DNA of 64,000 bases from an uncultured Solirubrobacterales bacterium (GTDB lineage: Bacteria; Actinomycetota; Thermoleophilia; Solirubrobacterales; 70-9), in NCBI GenBank assembly GCA_963788975.1, contig CAWBIJ010000003.1, positions 71,156 through 135,155 on the forward strand, read 5' to 3'. Made by a program: the position numbers and the translations under genes. Under the pieces are notes generated by a model. It was given only the letters and a program-made list of their open reading frames with translations, did not search any database and was not told where the DNA came from. This document shows, in pieces, positions 35,623 through 45,118 of the stretch. The first letter of the stretch is position 1. The number at the start of each line of letters is the position of its first letter.

Positions 35623-36942
35623 CTAGGCCAGCTCTTGGCGGACCACGCTGACAAGGCGCTCGCAGACCTCGTCGGCCTCGTCGGCGGTCGGCGCCTCGGC
35701 CATCACGCGGACGAGGGGCTCGGTTCCCGACGGGCGCAGCAGCACCCGGCCGCGGCCCTCGAGCGCCTCTTCCTCGCGCTCGACCGCCTCCCAGACCGCG
35801 GTGGCCCCGGCTACCGCCTCACGCTCTGCGACCTCGACGTTGACCAGAGTCTGAGGCAACTTCTCCATCGGAGCGGCCTCGGCGAGGTCGCGACCGCCGA
35901 GCTCCCGCATCGTCATCAGGGCGGCGGCGATCCCATCGCCGGTGGCGACGAAGCGGGTATCGATGATGTGCCCGGACTGCTCGCCGCCGAGCGCCCATCC
36001 GCGGCTGTGTAGTTCGTCGAGGACGTAGCGATCGCCAACCTTGGTCACGGCCACGTCGATTCCGGCCTTCTCCATCGCCTGGTGGAAGCCGTAGTTGCTC
36101 ATCACGGTCACCGCGACTCCGCCGCCGAGCTCTTCCCGCGCCGACATGCCGCGGGCGGTGAGCGCGATCAGCTCGTCGCCGTCGTGGGGACGGCCGGCGC
36201 CGTCGACGGCGAGGACACGGTCGCCGTCGCCGTCGAAGGCGAACCCAATCGTCGCCTCGGATGCGGCGACCCGGGCGGCCAGGTTGTCGAGGTGGGTGGA
36301 GCCGCAGCCGTCGTTGATGTTGCGCCCGTCGGGCTCGGCGGCGATCGCCTCGACCGTGGCGCCGAGCCGCTCGAAGATCGCCGGACCGGCGCGAAACGTG
36401 GCGCCATTCGCGCAGTCGAGCAGAACCCGGTGGCCCGTGAGGTCGAGTGGGAAGGCCGCCTCCAGCGCCCGCAGGTAGTCCTCCAAGCCGCCGTTCAGCT
36501 CGCGCACGCGACCCGGCTCGGCGGGCGCGGCCTCCGCCTCGATCAGCGACTCGATCAGTGACTCGGCCTCGTCGTCGAGCTTCGTACCCGCCCCCGAGAA
36601 GAACTTGATCCCGTTGTCGCGGTACGGGTTATGGGAGGCGGAGACGACGACCGCGAGGTCGAGCCCGAAGCGCTTCGCGAGGATCGCCGCGGCTGGGGTC
36701 GGCAGCACGTCACCCAGCAGCGCGTCCCCGCCGGCGGCGGCGATTCCGGCGGCGAGGGCAGCCTCCAGCATCGGCCCCGACTCGCGGGTGTCGCGGACGA
36801 TCAGGATCTGCGGTCTCTCCGCCGCCAGCGAAGCGGTGGCGGCCCGCCCCAAGGCAGTGGCCAGCTCGGCGGTGAGGAAGGTCCCCGCCTCCCCTCGGAC
36901 CCCATCGGTTCCGAAGAGCTTGCGCCCCTTCGCCACCAGCAT
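35623..36942 (-). CDS. glmM: phosphoglucosamine mutase
   Basis: Active-site motif SASHNPYRDNGIKFF, plus GDGDR. Confidence 0.95.
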   Translation of the reverse strand: MLVAKGRKLFGTDGVRGEAGTFLTAELATALGRAATASLAAERPQILIVRDTRESGPMLEAALAAGIAAAGGDALLGDVLPTPAAAILAKRFGLDLAVVVSASHNPYRDNGIKFFSGAGTKLDDEAESLIESLIEAEAAPAEPGRVRELNGGLEDYLRALEAAFPLDLTGHRVLLDCANGATFRAGPAIFERLGATVEAIAAEPDGRNINDGCGSTHLDNLAARVAASEATIGFAFDGDGDRVLAVDGAGRPHDGDELIALTARGMSAREELGGGVAVTVMSNYGFHQAMEKAGIDVAVTKVGDRYVLDELHSRGWALGGEQSGHIIDTRFVATGDGIAAALMTMRELGGRDLAEAAPMEKLPQTLVNVEVAEREAVAGATAVWEAVEREEEALEGRGRVLLRPSGTEPLVRVMAEAPTADEADEVCERLVSVVRQELA

Positions 36943-36947
36943 GGCTC

Positions 36948-37742
36948 CTAGCGCTTGCTGAACTGCGGGCGCTTGCGAGCCTTCTTGAGGCCGGCCTTGC
37001 GGCGCTCCTTTACCCGCGCGTCGCGAGTCAGGAAGCCGCGGCGCTTCAGCTCGACCCGCAGCGCGGGATCGATCTCGGTGAGGGCGCGGGATATGCCGTG
37101 GCGAACAGCGCCGGCCTGGCCGCTGACGCCGCCGCCGTGGACGCGGACGCGGACGTCGACGCTGCCCTCGTAGCCGGTGATCGTGAGCGGCTGGCGAGCC
37201 ATCGTCTGGTGCAGGGGCCGCGGGAAGAACTCCTCGAGGGCGCGTTGGTTGACCTCGATCTTGCCGCTGCCGGGCAGCAGGGTGACGCGGGCGACCGAGC
37301 GCTTGCGCTTGCCGGTGGCCAGGTAACGCGCGCCGCTCTCCATTTTCGCCGGCGCGCGACTCGCGGCGCTCGGCTCCTCCTCAGACGTCTCGCCGACCAG
37401 CTCGGCCTCGCGGGCCGCCCGCTCTTCCTCCTCGGCCTCGAGCCGCGCCTTCTCCTCCGCGCTCAGCTCCCGGGTCGCCTCCTCAACCGCGATCGGCTCC
37501 AGGTCGGCCCCGGGGATGACGTCCTTTTTCTTCTCCTCGGCCTTGGGCTTCTCAGCCTTCTCAGCGGCCGGGGCTTCCTCCTCAGCGACAGGAGCCTCAG
37601 CTTGCTCGTCCTCAGCGGCCGGAGCTTCCTCTTCAGCGGCCGGGACTTCCGCAGCCGGAGCGCCCTCGTCAACAGCCTCCGAAGCCTCGTCCTGCGGCTC
37701 TTCTGAAGTCTCAGGCGTCTCTTTGCTCGGCTCGTCCATCAT
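36948..37742 (-). CDS. rpsI: 30S ribosomal protein S9 with about 135-aa acidic N-terminal extension
   Basis: The C-terminal 130 aa ([14 protein letters not shown]...[13 protein letters not shown]) are canonical S9. The ATG at 37740-37742 overlaps the rplM stop (ATGA). An internal Met134 (37343) would give a standard-length S9. Confidence 0.85.
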   Translation of the reverse strand: MMDEPSKETPETSEEPQDEASEAVDEGAPAAEVPAAEEEAPAAEDEQAEAPVAEEEAPAAEKAEKPKAEEKKKDVIPGADLEPIAVEEATRELSAEEKARLEAEEEERAAREAELVGETSEEEPSAASRAPAKMESGARYLATGKRKRSVARVTLLPGSGKIEVNQRALEEFFPRPLHQTMARQPLTITGYEGSVDVRVRVHGGGVSGQAGAVRHGISRALTEIDPALRVELKRRGFLTRDARVKERRKAGLKKARKRPQFSKR

Positions 37743-38173
37743 GTGGCGATCTCCATCTGTTTCGGCTGCTGCGCCGCGTGCGGATGCTCCGGCCCCGCGT
37801 ACACCTTCAGCTTGGTCAACTGTTTCCGTGCCAGCCGGTTGCGTGGCAGCATCCCCTTCACCGCCTTGCGGATGACCTCCTCGGGACGACGGTCGAGCAT
37901 CTCGGCCAGAGTGCGCGACTTGATGCCCCCGGGGTAGCCGCTATGGCGCCAGTAGGTCTTCTGCTCCATCTTGTTGCCGGTGACCCGGATCTTCTCGGCG
38001 TTGACGACGACGACGAAGTCGCCTGTGTCGACGTGGGGCGTGTACTCGGGCTTGCGCTTGCCGCGCAGCGCGTCGGCGATCCTGGTCGCGAGGCGCCCCA
38101 GGGTCTGCCCCTCAGCGTCGACGACGTACCAGTCACGCTGGCGGTCGGCGGGTGTCGCTACGTAGGTCTTCAC
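37739..38173 (-). CDS. rplM: 50S ribosomal protein L13
   Basis: GTG 38171-38173 inside ORF 37739-38350. (V)[32 protein letters not shown]... matches L13 from its first residue. Confidence 0.9.
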   Translation of the reverse strand: MKTYVATPADRQRDWYVVDAEGQTLGRLATRIADALRGKRKPEYTPHVDTGDFVVVVNAEKIRVTGNKMEQKTYWRHSGYPGGIKSRTLAEMLDRRPEEVIRKAVKGMLPRNRLARKQLTKLKVYAGPEHPHAAQQPKQMEIAT

Positions 38174-38240
38174 GGCTGGCGCATGATAGGGAACTCCGTT
38201 GCAGGCCAAGGTTCCGGAGGCGAACGGGCCGAAGTAGCCC

Positions 38241-39161
38241 GTGTTGGCGCGAACCTCGATCACACTCGTGACAGCGGCGTTGCTGGCCGCGACGCTCGCC
38301 GCTTCCGCATCCGCGACGACCGGTGGGGCGCCGACGGCTACCGCCGGCACACCGTCCCCCGTCGGCAGCCCAACCGGCGCCCCAGCAGGCGACGGGCCGA
38401 GCGCCGGCGCCCTGCGCCTGCTCTCGGCCGAGGCGGCGCCACGAAGGTCCTTCTACTACGGCTTGCACTACCCGAGGATCAACTTCACGCTCGCCAGCAC
38501 CCAACCGCAGAACGACCTCCGGATCGACGTGGTCGACGCGGCGGGCGCAGTCGTCCGCACTTTCTTCCGCAACGACGTCGCACCAGACGCGGAGACTCGG
38601 ATCCGCTGGGATGGGATCGCCGACGACGGCCGTTCCGCGCGGAGCGGTCGCTACAGCTTCCGGGTTTCCTCGCAGGCGGGGGCGCCGGTGGCCGAGCCGA
38701 GCACGTCGGAGGCGCCGAGCCTCGGCTTCGCCCTCTATGGCTACGCCTTTCCCATCCTCGCCGACCACGACTACGGCGATGCCGGGTCGGTCTTCGGCGC
38801 CGGTCGCTCCGGTCACACCCACCAAGGCCATGACTTGATGGCCGAGTGCGGCGTGCTCATCGTCGCCGCGCGCGGGGGCATCGTCCAGTACTCGGGCTAC
38901 CAGGATGCCGCCGGCAACTATCTCGTCATCGACGGCAAGGGCACCGGCTTCGACATGACCTACATGCACCTCGCCGAACCCTCGCCGCTGCAGGCGGGCG
39001 AACTCGTCCGCACCGGCCAGCCGATCGGTGTCGTCGGCGATACCGGCTCGGCCACCGCCTGCCACCTTCACTTCGAGATGTGGACCAATCCCGGCTGGTA
39101 CGAGGGTGGCGGCCCGATTGACCCGCTTCCCTACCTCCTGCGCTGGGATCGCTACAGCTGA
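38241..39161 (+). CDS. secreted M23 family metallopeptidase
   Basis: Signal peptide, an Ig-like segment ([22 protein letters not shown]), and M23 motifs HTHQGHDL and [14 protein letters not shown]. Confidence 0.85.
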   Translation: MLARTSITLVTAALLAATLAASASATTGGAPTATAGTPSPVGSPTGAPAGDGPSAGALRLLSAEAAPRRSFYYGLHYPRINFTLASTQPQNDLRIDVVDAAGAVVRTFFRNDVAPDAETRIRWDGIADDGRSARSGRYSFRVSSQAGAPVAEPSTSEAPSLGFALYGYAFPILADHDYGDAGSVFGAGRSGHTHQGHDLMAECGVLIVAARGGIVQYSGYQDAAGNYLVIDGKGTGFDMTYMHLAEPSPLQAGELVRTGQPIGVVGDTGSATACHLHFEMWTNPGWYEGGGPIDPLPYLLRWDRYS

Positions 39162-39174
39162 TTTTCCTTAGAAT

Positions 39175-39193
39175 GAGAATGAGTCTCATTCTC
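39175..39193. promoter_or_regulatory. perfect 9-1-9 palindrome, candidate Fur/Zur operator
   Basis: GAGAATGAG T CTCATTCTC lies 18 bp upstream of the Fur-family gene, in an AT-rich stretch. It resembles Fur/Zur boxes (..AATGA.A.TCATT..). Confidence 0.6.
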
Positions 39194-39210
39194 TGATACC
39201 GTTCCCCAGC

Positions 39211-39633
39211 GTGAACTGGGCCGAGCATGCGATGAGCCGCCTCGACAAGGCGGGATACAAGAGCGGCGCCGCCCGCCGACAGGTGGTCGAGCTGCTCGGC
39301 GGCGAGCACTGCGCGGTGACCGCGCTCGAGGTCGACCGCAGGCTGGCTGCGGTTGGGCGCGCGAGCGTCTACCGGACGCTCGAACAGCTCGAGCAGCTGC
39401 GCCTGGTCCAGCGGGTCGACATCGGCGGCGACGCCGCCGGCTACGAGCGGCTCGACCCCGAAGAGCACCACCACCACTTCGTCTGCGAGGACTGCGGCAG
39501 GCTTGCCCCCTTCTCCAGCGAGCAGCTGGAGAAGGCGATCGAGGCGATCGGCCGCCAGTCCGACTTCACCGTCGCGGCCCATGACGTGGTGCTGCGCGGC
39601 ACCTGCGCACCGTGCTCGGAGCGCCGTGCCTGA
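39211..39633 (+). CDS. zur: Fur family transcriptional repressor (likely zinc uptake regulator)
   Basis: wHTH N-terminus, EEHHHHFVCEDCG and a CAPC metal site. It is followed by a ZIP transporter. The symbol is inferred from context. Confidence 0.8.
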   Translation: MNWAEHAMSRLDKAGYKSGAARRQVVELLGGEHCAVTALEVDRRLAAVGRASVYRTLEQLEQLRLVQRVDIGGDAAGYERLDPEEHHHHFVCEDCGRLAPFSSEQLEKAIEAIGRQSDFTVAAHDVVLRGTCAPCSERRA

Positions 39634-40363
39634 GGTTGCGATACCGCTGGCCGGCGCTGTCGCGCTGGCGATCCTGATCGGCGGCCGGATCGCGCTCCGG
39701 CTCGCCCACACGCTGCCGACGGTGATCGCGCTCAGCGGCGGCATCGTCGTCGCCGTCGCCCTGCTCGAGGTGCTGCCGGAGGCGATCGAGAACATCGGCG
39801 ATGCCCACGACGCCGTGCCCCTGGTGGCCATCGGCTTCCTCACCTTCTTCCTGCTCGAGCGGGTGCTGGTCCTGCACCACCGCGACGAGCCCGAGGAGGC
39901 GCGCTCGCACGGCCAGGTCGGGGTGCTCGGCGCTCTCGGCCTCTCGCTCCACACCTTCACCGACGGGGTCGGCATCGGGCTCGCCTTCAGCGTCAACGTC
40001 GAGACCGGCCTGCTCGTCTTCCTCGCCGTGGTCAGCCATGGCTTCGCCGACGGCCTCAACACCGTCAGCTTCGTGCTCAGCCAGTCAGGCGACAAGCACC
40101 AGGCGCTGCGCTGGCTGCGCATCGACGCGATCGCGCCGCTGGCCGGCGCGGTCCTCGGCTCGCTGATCTCGGTCTCAGACCAGACGCTTGGGTACTTCCT
40201 CGCCGTCTACGCCGGGTTCTTCCTCTACATGGGCGCCACCGACCTGCTGCCCGAGGCTCACGCCCACGAGCACGACGGCAAAGGGTCCTGGAGCCGCGTG
40301 GCGCTGACGATCGCCGGCTTTGCGGCGATCTACGCGATCACGCTGGTCGCCCACCCGCACTAA
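39626..40363 (+). CDS. ZIP family metal (zinc) transporter
   Basis: GTG 39626 overlaps the end of the fur-family gene. The ZIP motifs are LHTFTDGVGIG and SHGFADGLN. Confidence 0.85.
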   Translation: MPEVAIPLAGAVALAILIGGRIALRLAHTLPTVIALSGGIVVAVALLEVLPEAIENIGDAHDAVPLVAIGFLTFFLLERVLVLHHRDEPEEARSHGQVGVLGALGLSLHTFTDGVGIGLAFSVNVETGLLVFLAVVSHGFADGLNTVSFVLSQSGDKHQALRWLRIDAIAPLAGAVLGSLISVSDQTLGYFLAVYAGFFLYMGATDLLPEAHAHEHDGKGSWSRVALTIAGFAAIYAITLVAHPH

Positions 40364-40484
40364 AGAAAACCGACGGGGCACGTTTAGTCAGTTTTTCTTG
40401 ACTCTCAAGCGAGCCTGTGTTACGGAGCCTTTTGACCCCAGTCGAATTGCTCCGGCCACAGTCGCCGGAAAGGAGGAGAGAAAC

Positions 40485-41195
40485 ATGAGACTCACCAAGG
40501 CTCTCGGCCTTGCCGTCGTCGCCGTCGTCGCGGCGGTGGCAATCATCAATCCTGGCTCGGCTTCGCCTCAAGGAGGGGGCGATCCCGAAGTGGTCATATG
40601 CAACAAATCTGAAGTGTTATGCGCCAAAGGGGAGTACCGCATAAGAAAGGGAATAACCTGGAAAGCCAAAGAAGCTCTTTTCTTAGGCGTTCTCGAGGTG
40701 CAGTCATGCAGCGATGCCGAACTCACGGGCAGGTTCGTGGGGATGGGCAATCCTCTCTTATTGGAAATCTTCACGCTCAGGTTCTACGGGACATGCTCAC
40801 CGTGCACAACCGTCACTGTCGAAAATCTTTCGCATGGCCAAGTCAAAGTAGCGGCCAACGACGTATACACGCTGTTAATGAGCTTCAAAGTCAAAATGTC
40901 CTGCCCCTTCGGACAGACATGCAAATTCGAAGTTCCAGACGCCGTGCTCGCCATCCACAACACTGCAGCTGGCGCGCCGGAATTCTTAGCCGTCGAAGAG
41001 GAAATCAAAGTCGAAGAAAAAGAATTCCTCTGCGGGACGATTGGCGGATGGGACACCAAATTTCTCAACACGTTTGCTCCCTTAAAATACTGGTTCGCTT
41101 TATATAAATTAACCCAGCACGAATCAGAATTAAAAACGGAACAGGAACACAAAGAAATATTAGAAGCTCATACAGAAGACTTAGAAAAAAAATAG
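40485..41195 (+). CDS. secreted Cys-rich hypothetical protein in a low-GC patch
   Basis: The ATG is preceded by AGGAGGAGAG. The signal peptide is MRLTKALGLAVVAVVAAVAIINPGSAS. There are about 10 Cys and a K/E-rich tail. The codon usage is strikingly AT-rich compared with the neighbours. Confidence 0.65.
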   Translation: MRLTKALGLAVVAVVAAVAIINPGSASPQGGGDPEVVICNKSEVLCAKGEYRIRKGITWKAKEALFLGVLEVQSCSDAELTGRFVGMGNPLLLEIFTLRFYGTCSPCTTVTVENLSHGQVKVAANDVYTLLMSFKVKMSCPFGQTCKFEVPDAVLAIHNTAAGAPEFLAVEEEIKVEEKEFLCGTIGGWDTKFLNTFAPLKYWFALYKLTQHESELKTEQEHKEILEAHTEDLEKK

Positions 41196-41216
41196 GAGAA
41201 GCAGGCCCCTGATGGT

Positions 41217-41243
41217 GAAAGGCCGCGCCCCGCGTGGCCTTTC
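41217..41243. terminator. GC-rich hairpin between convergent genes
   Basis: GAAAGGCCGCG-CCC-CGCGTGGCCTTTC. The stem has one bulge and there is no clear U-tract. Confidence 0.45.
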
Positions 41244-41263
41244 TCATGCCGCTGCGCGAACCG

Positions 41264-42925
41264 CTACTCCCACTCGATCGTCGCCGGCGGCTTCGAGGAG
41301 ATGTCGAGGGCGACGCGGTTGACGCCGCGGATCTCGTTGATGACTCGGTTGGAGACGCGCTCGAGCAGGTCATAGGGCAGGCGGGCCCAGTCGGCCGTCA
41401 TCGCGTCGTCGGAGGTGACGGCGCGGATCACGATCGGGTAGGCGTAAGTGCGACCGTCCCCCTGCACCCCGACCGAGCGGACGACCGGCAACACGCAGAA
41501 GGACTGCCAGAGTTGGCGGTAGAGCTCGGCGGCGCGGATCTCCTCCTGGAGGATCGCGTCGGCGGCGCGGAGGATGTCGAGTCGCTCTCTGGTCACCTCG
41601 CCGCCGACGATGCGGATCGCCAGCCCCGGCCCCGGGAACGGCTGGCGCCAAACCATCCGCTCGGGCAGGCCAAGCTCGGCGCCGACCGCGCGCACCTCGT
41701 CCTTGAACAGCATCCGCAGCGGCTCGACCAGCTCGAACTCGAGGTCCTCGGGCAGGCCGCCGACGTTGTGGTGCGACTTGATCGTCGCCGCGTGGTCGCT
41801 GCCACCGGACTCGATCACGTCCGAGTAGAGCGTGCCCTGGACCAGGTAGGCAGCGTCCTGGAGCTTCGCCGCCTCCTCCTCGAAGACGCGGATGAACTCC
41901 TCGCCGATGATTTTGCGCTTGCGCTCTGGCTCGTCGACTCCGGCGAGCCTGGCGAGGAAGCGCTCCTCGGCGTCGACGTGGACGAGGGGTATGCCGAACT
42001 GCTCGAAAGCGGCGACGACCTGCTCGGCCTCGTTCAGCCGCATCAGGCCGTGGTCGACGAAGACGCAGGTCAGCCGCTCCCCCACCGCGCGGTGGACGAG
42101 CAGCGCCGCGACCGAGGAGTCGACGCCGCCGGAGAGGCCGCAGATCACGCGCCCCTCGCCAACCTGGGCCTGCACCTTGGCCACCTGTTCGGCGATCACC
42201 GACTGCGGCGACCACTCCTGCTCGCAGCCAGCGACGTCGCGGAGGAAGCGGGTGAGGATCTCGGTCCCGTAGGGGGTATGGACCACCTCGGGGTGAAATT
42301 GGATGCCGTAGAGCCCGCGCTCCGGGTTCTCGCAGGCAGCGACTGGCGAGCCAGGGCTGGAGGCGAGCGCCGCAAACCCCGCCGGCGGCTCGAAGACTGC
42401 GTCGCGGTGGCTCATCCAGCAGTGCTGCTCCTCCGGAAGCCCACCGAGCAGCTTGCCGCCCCCGTCCCTCAGGGTCAGATCCGTCCGCCCGAACTCCCCC
42501 GCCTCCGCTGCCTCGACCCGTCCACCAAGTGCCTGGACCATCACCTGCATCCCGTAACAGATGCCCAGCATCGGAATCTCAAGATCGAGCAGCTCGGCCG
42601 GAAAGGCCGGAGCGCCCTCCTCGTAGACCGAAGCTGGCCCTCCGGAGAGGACCAGCCCTTTCGGCTTGCGCTCGCGAATCGACTCGACCGAAGCGGTCGC
42701 TGGCAACATCTCCGCGAACACGCCGCACTCGCGGATCCGTCTGGCGATCAGCTGGGAATACTGGCCACCGAAATCAAGGACCAGAACCTCCTCGACCGCG
42801 TTCGTGCCGGCGGGTGGCGCTGTAGGGGGTACCGCCCCCGAGGAAGCTTTAGCTACCGCAGGGGGCGGTGGGTCCCCTGCAGCGACAGGACCCGCCGGCC
42901 CGACCGCGCTGGGACCCTCAGTCAT
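41264..42925 (-). CDS. guaA: GMP synthase (glutamine-hydrolysing) with about 45-aa N-terminal extension
   Basis: [20 protein letters not shown] (GATase), [11 protein letters not shown] (PP-loop) and a C-terminal ...[10 protein letters not shown]. The only in-frame ATG/GTG/TTG upstream of the GATase domain is at 42923-42925. Confidence 0.9.
   Translation of the reverse strand: MTEGPSAVGPAGPVAAGDPPPPAVAKASSGAVPPTAPPAGTNAVEEVLVLDFGGQYSQLIARRIRECGVFAEMLPATASVESIRERKPKGLVLSGGPASVYEEGAPAFPAELLDLEIPMLGICYGMQVMVQALGGRVEAAEAGEFGRTDLTLRDGGGKLLGGLPEEQHCWMSHRDAVFEPPAGFAALASSPGSPVAACENPERGLYGIQFHPEVVHTPYGTEILTRFLRDVAGCEQEWSPQSVIAEQVAKVQAQVGEGRVICGLSGGVDSSVAALLVHRAVGERLTCVFVDHGLMRLNEAEQVVAAFEQFGIPLVHVDAEERFLARLAGVDEPERKRKIIGEEFIRVFEEEAAKLQDAAYLVQGTLYSDVIESGGSDHAATIKSHHNVGGLPEDLEFELVEPLRMLFKDEVRAVGAELGLPERMVWRQPFPGPGLAIRIVGGEVTRERLDILRAADAILQEEIRAAELYRQLWQSFCVLPVVRSVGVQGDGRTYAYPIVIRAVTSDDAMTADWARLPYDLLERVSNRVINEIRGVNRVALDISSKPPATIEWE
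42810..42895. repeat. 86-bp segment shared with 46232-46317
   Basis: 80/86 identical to 46232-46317. It is in frame in guaA and encodes [29 protein letters not shown]. Confidence 0.85.
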
Positions 42926-44135
42926 CCGATACCGCGACCCCCGTAGCCACAGCCGCCCGCCCGTTGGATCCCATGCCGACAGCCTGCTCGTTCTGCAGCT
43001 TCTTCCCCTCGCTCATCAGCGCCGGAGCGACCATCACCTCGGCCCGCTGGAAGGAGCGGATGTCCTCGTAGCCGCAGGTGGCCATCGAGGTCTTCAGCGC
43101 CCCCATCAGGTTGAAGGTGCCATCGTTCTCCTGCGCCGGACCGAGCAGGATCTCCTCCATCGTCCCGTCCTGCCTGGTGGTAACGCGGGTGCCGCGCGGC
43201 AGCGACGGGTGGAAGGTCGCCATCCCCCAGTGAAAGCCGCGCCCGGGCGCCTCCTTGGCGCGGGCCAGGGGTGAGCCGACCATCACCGAGTCGGCCCCGG
43301 TGGCGATCGCCTTGGAGACATCTCCCCCGGTCCGCATGCCGCCGTCGGCGATTACGTTCACGTACTCGCCGGTCTCCAGCATGTGCTGGGCGCGGGCGGC
43401 CGCGACGTCGGCGATCGCGGTCGCCTGCGGGACGCCGATCCCGAGCACGCCGCGGGTGGTGCAAGCGGCGCCGGGGCCGACCCCGACCAGGACGCCGACC
43501 GCGCCGGTCCGCATCAGGTGCAATCCGGTCGAGTAGGAGGCGCAGCCGCCGACCACGGTCGGCACCGGAACTTCGGCGATGAACTCCTTCAGGTTGAGCG
43601 GCTCGACCGTGGTCGAGACGTGTTCGGCCGAGATCACCGTGCCTTGGATGACGAGGATGTCGATCCCCGCCTCGACCGCGATCTCGTAGTGCTCACGCAC
43701 CTTCTGCGGGGTGAGCGAGCCGCAGGCCACCGCGCCGCGCTGCTTGATCTCGGCGATCCGTTGCCCGACCAGCTCCGGCTTGACCGGCTCGGTGTAGATC
43801 TCCTGCATGATCCGGGTCGCCTCGTGCTTGGGCGCCGCCGCGACCCTCTCCAGCTGCTCTTCGGCGTTCTCGAACCGCGTCCAGATCCCCTCCAGGTTGA
43901 GCACGCCGAGCCCGCCCAGCTCATTGACGAGCACCGCGGTGTCAGGGCTGACCACCCCATCCATCGCAGAAGCGACGAGCGGCAGCTCGAAGCGGTAGGG
44001 GCCGAGGGTCCAGCTGATGTCTATGTCGTCGGGATCGCGGGTGCGGCGCGACGGGACGATCGCGATGTCGTCGAATCCGTAGGCGCGCCGCCCCTTCTTG
44101 CCGCGACCAATATCGATCTCCAATTGGTCCTCCAA
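42918..44135 (-). CDS. GuaB3-type IMP dehydrogenase-related protein
   Basis: [36 protein letters not shown] is typical of the CBS-less GuaB3 family. It has a TIM-barrel IMPDH-like core. Confidence 0.8.
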   Translation of the reverse strand: MEDQLEIDIGRGKKGRRAYGFDDIAIVPSRRTRDPDDIDISWTLGPYRFELPLVASAMDGVVSPDTAVLVNELGGLGVLNLEGIWTRFENAEEQLERVAAAPKHEATRIMQEIYTEPVKPELVGQRIAEIKQRGAVACGSLTPQKVREHYEIAVEAGIDILVIQGTVISAEHVSTTVEPLNLKEFIAEVPVPTVVGGCASYSTGLHLMRTGAVGVLVGVGPGAACTTRGVLGIGVPQATAIADVAAARAQHMLETGEYVNVIADGGMRTGGDVSKAIATGADSVMVGSPLARAKEAPGRGFHWGMATFHPSLPRGTRVTTRQDGTMEEILLGPAQENDGTFNLMGALKTSMATCGYEDIRSFQRAEVMVAPALMSEGKKLQNEQAVGMGSNGRAAVATGVAVSDD

Positions 44136-44161
44136 GGGGGTGGCTGCGTTGAAAAGCCAGC

Positions 44162-45118
44162 CTACACTTCGGCGGGGATCTCCAAGTCGTGGACCTCGAT
44201 CTCGTCGAGCAGGCGCTCGACTCGGTTGCGGTCGACCTTGCCGGCGCCGAAGTGCTGGGTCGACTCGGCGCCGCAGGCGACGCCGTAGGCGAGGCAGTCG
44301 GCCGGCGGGCGGCCGTCGTAGCGTGCCGCAACGTAGCCGGCCAGGAAGGCATCGCCTGAACCGACGCTCGAGACTGGCTCCAAGGACTTGGTCTGGACCT
44401 CGACGAAGCGGCGCTCCACCCCATCGCCGGTCACAGCGACGCAGCCATCAGGGCGAGTGATCGCTGCCTCGCCGGCTCCGAGCCTGACCAACTCAGAGAG
44501 GCCGTGGACCAGGTCACCGCGATCGGCGAACTCCTGGCCGACCAGCTCCTCCGCCTCGCGCTCGTTGGGGGTGACGATCGAGGCGCCGGCACGCAGCCCA
44601 GCCAGCATCGCCTCACCCTCGGCATCGAGAACGACGGTGACGTCGCGGGCGCGCAGGTCGTTGACGAGGCGAGCGTAGAGATCCGGCCCGGCACCCGGCG
44701 GAAGTGTCCCGGCGAGCACGCAGAGCTCGGCGCCCTTGGCGAGATAATCGAGCCGCTTGGCGAACGTCTCGATCTCCTCAGGGCTGACCGCCGGGCCCCG
44801 CTCGTTGATCTCGGTCTGCTCACCCGAGGTCGGGTCGACCACGGAGAGATTGATCCGCGTTTCGCCGGCGATCCGGGTGAAGTCGGTCAGCACCGCCTCC
44901 TCTCCCAGCTGCTCCACCACCCGCGTTCCGGTCGGCCCGCCGGCGAAGCCGGTGGCGATCACCGGCCTGCCGAGCAGGCTCAGCGCGCGCGCTACGTTGA
45001 CTCCCTTGCCGCCGGCGACGGTGCGGCTCTCCACCGCACGGTGGCGATGCCCGAGTCGGAAGTTAGGCACCGCGATCGTTCGGTCGATCGCCGCGTTAAG
45101 GGTGACCGTGAGGATCAT
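44162..45118 (-). CDS. pfkB: 1-phosphofructokinase family (PfkB) hexose-phosphate kinase
   Basis: MILTVTLNAAIDRT...GGKGVNVARAL and GSGDAFLAG. Confidence 0.85.
   Translation of the reverse strand: MILTVTLNAAIDRTIAVPNFRLGHRHRAVESRTVAGGKGVNVARALSLLGRPVIATGFAGGPTGTRVVEQLGEEAVLTDFTRIAGETRINLSVVDPTSGEQTEINERGPAVSPEEIETFAKRLDYLAKGAELCVLAGTLPPGAGPDLYARLVNDLRARDVTVVLDAEGEAMLAGLRAGASIVTPNEREAEELVGQEFADRGDLVHGLSELVRLGAGEAAITRPDGCVAVTGDGVERRFVEVQTKSLEPVSSVGSGDAFLAGYVAARYDGRPPADCLAYGVACGAESTQHFGAGKVDRNRVERLLDEIEVHDLEIPAEV

Noticed and set aside
38174-38350. N-terminal 59-codon extension of the rplM ORF.
   Set aside because: L13 homology starts exactly at GTG 38171-38173. The upstream part is Ala/Val-rich and overlaps the divergent M23 peptidase gene, which starts at 38241.
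42831-42850. KpnI (GGTACC) and HindIII (AAGCTT) sites inside the 86-bp shared segment, which could hint at a cloning artefact.
   Set aside because: Both copies are in frame in native-looking genes, differ at 6 positions and have no vector-like flanks. It is more likely a natural duplication.
41234-42946. 570-aa plus-strand ORF. The same applies to 15703-17094, 17727-19055, 34121-35626 and 62289-63875.
   Set aside because: These are long antisense ORFs typical of high-GC DNA. The opposite strand encodes unmistakable guaA, ctaD, ctaC plus the GT4 glycosyltransferase gene, glmS and the FG-GAP protein respectively.
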